Shown here in pieces: positions 54,132 to 64,000 of a stretch of DNA of 64,000 bases (position 1 is its first letter; every line of letters begins with the position of its first letter). Both the position numbers and the translations under genes were made by a program. The notes beneath the pieces were generated by a model. It did not search any database and was not told the origin of the DNA. It was given only the letters and a program-made list of their open reading frames with translations. Source of the stretch: the human T2T-CHM13v2.0 reference genome, Homo sapiens; the NCBI RefSeq assembly GCF_009914755.1, contig NC_060940.1, one strand, 5' to 3'.

Positions 54132-54639
54132 GTAAGTTGATCACTGTGTTCCTCTGTGCCCCCCCACACCTCACCCCCCGACCCCTGATTTCCACTGAAG
54201 TCAGTTCTGTTGAAATCACTGAAATAATTGATGATGTGACTCCATGTAATTTACTACGTACATTGAAATCTGCTGGGTTCTATGATTTCCTCAGGAATGT
54301 TGCTTACTCAGGTAGATCAGATCATAGTACCTAGTAAATGGAGAAAGGTGGTAGAACTGGAATTCAAGACCATGTCTGCCTTGGTAATACAATCTTTTTT
54401 TGTTTTGTTTTGTTTTTGAGACGGACTCTTGCTCTGTCGCCCAGGCTGGAGTGCAGTGGTGCGATCTAGGTAAAAACTTTCTTTTAGGGTGGTGAAAATG
54501 AACTAAAACCAGCTGTGGTGATGATGACACATATTTGTGAACACATTAAAAACCGTGGATTGTGTGCACTTCAAATGTGTGAATTTTATGTGGATTACAT
54601 CTCTTGCTCTTTTTTTTTTTTTTTTTTTTTTTGAGATGA

Positions 54640-54789
<150 letters not shown>

Positions 54790-54792
54790 TGA

Positions 54793-54933
<141 letters not shown>

Positions 54934-55342
54934 TAAGAACCCACCAGTTTACTAACTTCCAATGTGGAGACTATTTTCTTTTAAAGTTCTGTGCATAAAA
55001 AATCTAAATGTTTTTCCAGTAGAAAAGGCACAAGTCAGTTATGTTGAGCAAGTTGATGGAGTCAAGGCACCACCTGCTCCCAGGTGCCTGAGATAAGTCC
55101 TTTTCTCGCCTCTGTGCCCTCACTGCCACGCAATCAGCAGAGAGAGGCACCCGAGGAGAGCTGTGGTCCCCAGTTCTCTGTGGCCGTGGCGTTGCCCTGC
55201 TTTTGTTGCCCTGCTTCTGTGTACGGGCTCCGCATCATTCCCTGTGAGCTCAGCCTCTTCCTTTCCCCACCTCCCACCCGCATATTTAGAAACTGGCATC
55301 TCTGCCTCTCCATGGTTTAAAGTCCCTGTCACTTTTCCCCAG

Positions 55343-55512
55343 GTGGTCCTGCTCGTCTATCACTGGAGCAGCAGGGAATCTGAACACGACCTCCTGGTCC
55401 ACAAGGCTGTGGCCAAATGGACGGCGGAAGAAGTTGTCCTCTGGCTGGAGCAGCTGGGCCCTTGGGCATCTCTTTACAGGGAAAGGTTTTTATCTGAACG
55501 AGTAAATGGAAG
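55343..55512 (+). CDS. BFAR: BFAR exon 4 (170 nt), end of TM1 and first half of SAM domain
   Basis: ccccag| acceptor, AAG|GTGAGG donor; VVLLVYHWSSRESEHDLLVHKAVAKWTAEEVVLWLEQLGPWASLYRERFLSERVNGR (SAM-type W-T-x-E-E-V-x-x-W-L). Confidence 0.97.
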
Positions 55513-55549
55513 GTGAGGAGCAAAGTCTTCTGACACACCGTGGACATTT

Positions 55550-56470
<921 letters not shown>

Positions 56471-56521
56471 TTAATGTCCATGACATTTAAATTTCTTTGT
56501 TGCTTCCGGATTATCAAATTG

Positions 56522-57808
<1,287 letters not shown>

Positions 57809-57837
57809 TTAATATATATTTTTATTTTTTTTTTTGA

Positions 57838-58155
<318 letters not shown>

Positions 58156-58866
58156 TGATATTGAAAGTGACATACTCTTGTAATCCTACTCTTCAGAAAA
58201 CAATTTATCTTGCTAGACACCTTTCCAGATGTTTCAGTACTTACACAGATATAAATGTGTTTTTTTTAATTTAAACTGAAAATATGATTGTACTAAACAG
58301 ACATGTGTTTGTATGTATACATGTATATATATATTTACATCTATATCCACCCCCTAAGGGTGTTACGTATAACATCACACAGTGATAAGAGCAGCCTCTC
58401 TCCCTGATTCATTTGTTTCAGACACCCACTTCACCCACTGCCTGGCTGCCTGACTGCCACCCCTCCTACTCCAGTGACTTTTTCTCTCCTCTCCACTCAG
58501 TTTTCAGCACTTGACTGACTCTGTTTTGAGGAAATGGCATGCTCCTACTTTAATTAGCTTTATATAGAAATTCACCTCCCGCAAAATTATGGTATAAAAA
58601 TTTCTCTACCTAGTTAGTACAATGTATTTTTACATAGCTTTCTAGAGGACAAATTCCTGGAACTGGAATTGCTGGGCCAAAGATAGTAAATCTGTACAAA
58701 TTTAATAAGCATCACCAAATTACCCATAAAAGGACGATCAATTTACACCACTCAACCAGTAGTTGCATATGCCTGTTAATAGCTCTCCGGCCAGCTTACA
58801 GTGATGTTTTTAAGGATGAATCACTGTGGAGGGGAATTTGTGTTTTCTTGTGTGTGTTTTTTTTAA

Positions 58867-59042
<176 letters not shown>

Positions 59043-59478
59043 TAGTAGAGACGAGGTTTCACCACGTTGGCCAGGCTGGTCTCAAACTCCTGACCTCAGA
59101 TGATCTACCTGTGCCTCAGCCTCCCAAAGTGCTGGATTACAGGCATGAGCCACCGCCCCCAGCCAGAATTTGTGTTTTCTGATGAGGAAAGCAGATACGG
59201 GATCTCCAATTATTTTTATTAAATTAAATCCCTACCTTAAAACAACTACTCTTTTTTCTTCAAGAGACAGAGTCTCTTTCTGTCACCAAGGCTAGAGTGC
59301 AGTAGCAGTATCATAGCTCACTACAGCCTCAAAGTCCTGGGCTCAAGCAATCCTCTTGTCTCAGCCTCCCAAGTAATTAAAACGACAGGTGCATGCCACC
59401 ATGCCTGGCTAATTTTTCTGGAGAGACAGGGTCTCACTGTGTTGCCCAGGCTGGTCTCAAACTCCTGGGCTCAAGTGA

Positions 59479-59754
<276 letters not shown>

Positions 59755-60598
59755 TAGCCAGGATGGTCTTGATCTCCTGACCTCGTGATCTGCCCGCCTC
59801 GGCCTCCCAAAGTGCGAACTATTCTTAATGTTGTAATGTTTTATTGGATTTCCTTCTAATTTTTCCTATACATACACACAGTTTTAAAAATAGAGTAATA
59901 TAAAAAAATAAATAAAAATAGAGTAATATGTGAGAGGTCAGAGCGTATAACTGAAAGATCAAAGGCTTAGGAACAAAACAGACCTAGGAGTGCCTTGGGA
60001 AAGTCACCTTATTTCTCTAAGTGAGTTTTCCTTTTTTTTTTTTTTTTTTTTGAGATGGAGTCTCACTCTGTTGCCTGGGCTGAAGGCTGGAGGGCAGTGA
60101 CGAGATCTTAGCTCACTGCAACCTCCGCCTCCCAGGTTCAGGCAATTCTCATGCCTCAGCCTCCCAAGTAGCTGGGATTACAGGTGCACGCTAATTTTTG
60201 TACTTTTAGTAGAGACGTGGTTTCACCATGTTGGCTGGGCTGGTGTTAAACACCTGATTTCAAGTGATCTGCCTGCCTCAGCCTCCCAAAGAGCTGGGAT
60301 TATAGGCATGAGCCACTGCACCCAGCCAAAGCGAGTTTTCTGATCTACAAAAGCAGCATAATGCCACTACCCTGAATAATTGTTATATGGATCAGTGATG
60401 ACTTATGAAAGTATTTATAGATTGTCACTGGTAAATAGTAAGCATTCAATTATTTGCTGCTCTTGATGTTGTTAAATGTGAAATGTCTCACCATACCTCA
60501 AGCCTACAATATTTATATTAGTAAGATGGAACTCTGAGTGTAGAGAGTTTGCTTCCAGTATATAATCGCAAAATAAATCTCCTCCTGCCCCTCTACAG

Positions 60599-60743
60599 GT
60601 TGCTTTTAACTTTGACAGAGGAAGAATTTTCCAAGACGCCCTATACCATAGAAAACAGCAGCCACAGGAGAGCCATCCTCATGGAGCTAGAACGTGTCAA
60701 AGCATTAGGCGTGAAGCCCCCCCAGAATCTCTGGGAATATAAG
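60599..60743 (+). CDS. BFAR: BFAR exon 5 (145 nt), second half of SAM domain; gene continues beyond window
   Basis: tacag| acceptor, AAG|GTGAAC donor; LLLTLTEEEFSKTPYTIENSSHRRAILMELERVKALGVKPPQNLWEYK. Confidence 0.96.
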
Positions 60744-60756
60744 GTGAACACTTTAA

Positions 60757-61005
<249 letters not shown>

Positions 61006-62692
61006 TAATTTTTTCTTTCTTTTTTTTTTTTTTCTGGCTCACTGCAACCTCCACCTCCCAGGTTCAAGCGATTCTCCTACCCCAGCCTCACCAGCAGCTG
61101 GGATTACAGGCACACGCCACCACACCAGGCTAATGTTTATGTTTCTAGTAGAGATGGTTTCAGGATGTTGGCCAGGCTGATCTCAAACTCCTGACCTCAG
61201 GTGATCCACCTGCCTCCTGACCTCAGCCTCCCAAAGTGCTGGGATTACAGGCGTCAGCCACCGCGCCTGGCCTGTTTTACAAATAAATAAGGAAAGAGAC
61301 ACTTACATGTTTTGGGGACCTTGAATTGTTGGAATATCACTGGAGGACAATTTGTCAATAACATTTCAGTTTAAACCGCATCTGCTCTTTAAGCCAGCAT
61401 TTCACTCCTTTGCACTTGGAATGGAGGCAGCACAGCACGGTGGTCAAGAGTGAGGCTCTGGGCTGGTCACCGTGGCTCACAACTGTAATCCCAGCACTTT
61501 GGGAGGCCGAGGCGGGGGGATGACCTGAGGTCAGCAGTTTGAGACCAGCCTGGCCAACGTGGTGAAACCCCGTCTCTACTAAAATCACAAAAATTAGCTG
61601 GGAGTGGTGGCACACTCCTGTAGGTCCATTTACTTGGAGGCAGGAGAAATGCTTGAACCTGGGAGGTTGAGGCTGCGGTAGCCGAGATCACACCGCTGCA
61701 TGGCAGCCTAGGGGACAGAGCAAGACTCCGTCCCAAAAAAAAAAGCAAAGAACAGAAACAAAAAGAGTAACGCTGTGGGCTGGGCATGGTGGTTCACAAC
61801 TATAATGCTAGTACTTTGGAAGGCTGAGGTGGGAGGATTGCTTAGCTCAGGAGTTCAAGACTAGCCTGGGTAACATGGCAAGACCCCATCTCTACAAAAA
61901 GTACAGACACAAAAAAAATTAGTTGAGTGTGGTGATGCCAGCCATTTGCGAGGCTGAGGCTGCGCTAAACCATGATCGAACCACTGCACTCCAGCCTGGG
62001 CAAGAGAGTTGAGACCCTGTTTCAGAAAAAAAAAAAAAGGCCCTGGCACTAGCCTGCCTGGGCCAGCTCCTCCAAGACACACCACCTGTTGGAACACCAG
62101 CAAGTACCTGCACCTCTCCTTGCCTGTTTCCTCCTGGGTAAATAACCTTAGAGGGTCATTGTGAGACTCCAATGTTTGATTAACGGAAAGTTGTTAAACA
62201 AGTTATTCACGGCAGCATTGTTGGTAATTGCAGGGAGTAGAAAACAACCTAAGTGCCCCTCATTAGGAACAAGTTGAATAAATAAGGCACACCCATGTAG
62301 GCAGCCACCGGAAAAGGAGACAAAGACTTTGTGTTACTAAGGAACAAAGTCCTGTAATCCATAAGGAACAAAGTCCTGTAATCCCAGCACTTTGGGAGGC
62401 CGAGGCAGGCTGATCACTTGAGGCCAGGAGTTCCAGACCAGCCTGACCAACATGGTGAAACCCCATCTCTACTAAAAACACAAAAATTAGCCAGGTGTGG
62501 TGGTGCATGCCTATAATCCCAGCTACTCAGGAGGCTACGGCAGGAGAATTGCTTGAACTAAGGAGGTGGAGGTTGCAGTGAGCTGAGATGGTGCCACTGC
62601 ACTCCAGCCTGGGTGACAGAGTGAGACACTGTCTCAAATGAAGAAAGAAATAAAAAATGCTTCTGTAATATGTGCGTGTATTACTTTAATAA

Positions 62693-62986
<294 letters not shown>

Positions 62987-63097
62987 TAACCAGGGTAGTC
63001 TGGATCTCCTGACCTTGTGATCCGCCTGCCTCGGCCTCCCAAAGTGCTGGGATTACAGGTGTGAGCCACCGCGCCTGACCTGTTTTTGTTTTTTTGA

Positions 63098-63253
<156 letters not shown>

Positions 63254-63542
63254 TAGTAGAGGCGGAGTTTTGCCATATTGGCCAGGCTAGTCTTGAACTC
63301 CTGACCTCAGGTGATCTGCCCGCCTCAGCCTCCCCAAAGTGCTGGGATTACAGGCGTGAGCCACTGCGCCCAGCCAAGCTGCCATATTTTTCATAGGTAA
63401 ATATTTCAGCATTAATCTCTTAAAAAAAAATTTTTTTTTGAAATGGAGTCTCACCATGTTGCCCAGGCTGGTCTCAAATTCCTGGTCAAGTAATCCTCCC
63501 ACCTCAACCTCCCAAGTAGCTGGGGCTACAGGCACAGGCTAC

Positions 63543-64000
63543 TGAAGCAGCTACATTGCCTGGGGAACTGGGGTTTGTCATCTTGCACCAGGAAAATTTA
63601 GGACACAGACACACAAGAGTTGAGCAGAGGTTTAATAGGCAAAAGTAAGAGAAAGGAAAACAGCTCTGTCTCTAGCAAGAGAGAGGGGACTTCCAAGAGG
63701 AAAAGACTGGCAGGCAGCAGATGTGCTGGATTTTTTAGTCAGTTTTGAGGAGGCGGTGTCTGATTTACATAGGGCTCACAGATTGGTTCGATCAGGTATG
63801 ATGTTTCCACAGTGCACAGGAAGGGTGGTCACCCCACCCTAATCTTATTATGCAAAGGAACTTTCTGTCCCCTTGGCTGGTGCTATCTTGTCTGCTCCTT
63901 ACTGTACTGTACATGTGGCTGACAAAGAGAAGGGAAGATGGAGCTTCTGTCTTGAACATGATTGACATAACTGCCAGCATCTGTGTCTGCAGTTCCATTT
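63543..64000 (-). mobile_element. ERV1 LTR, LTR9/MER61-like, truncated by window end
   Basis: Starts TGAAGC; ggtttaataggc, ggaggcggtgtctgatttacatagggctcacagattggttcgatcagg, caccctaatcttattatgcaaa resemble LTR9/MER61 consensus from memory. Confidence 0.65.

Noticed and set aside
55097-55342. 246 nt of intron 3 open in frame with BFAR exon 4
   Set aside because: No convincing in-frame upstream acceptor or AUG; compatible with chance in C/T/G-rich sequence

Overview
Primate (very likely human chr16p13) intron-rich, Alu-dense DNA with two head-to-head genes. PARN (poly(A)-specific ribonuclease, minus strand) is present from its ATG at 35665 through coding exons 1-12 (codons 1-280); the gene continues off the left edge. 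BFAR (bifunctional apoptosis regulator, RING E3 ligase, plus strand) is present from non-coding exon 1 (donor after 38558) through exon 5 (codons 1-261); it continues off the right edge. All exons were placed by hand from splice dinucleotides and reading-frame continuity. Roughly 80 Alu copies (about 40% of the window, estimated by eye), old L1M/L2/MIR/MER58 fragments, a 960-bp HERV-K(HML-2) solo LTR with a 6-bp TSD, a MER21-type LTR and a partial ERV1 LTR fill the introns. Almost all ORFs in the supplied track are Alu-derived noise. I see no new gene family or prokaryote-style system. The best leads are RNA-level: (1) BFAR exon 2 (336 nt, flanked by inverted Alus) would, as a circle, carry a 110-aa ORF covering 333 of 336 nt that encodes the intact RING without any transmembrane helix; (2) an old inverted template-switch duplication that builds a long hairpin around BFAR exon 4; (3) three interlocked uORFs in the BFAR leader, including an exon-terminal AUG; (4) the HML-2 LTR pointing at the BFAR/PARN promoters; (5) a GC-AG intron in PARN.
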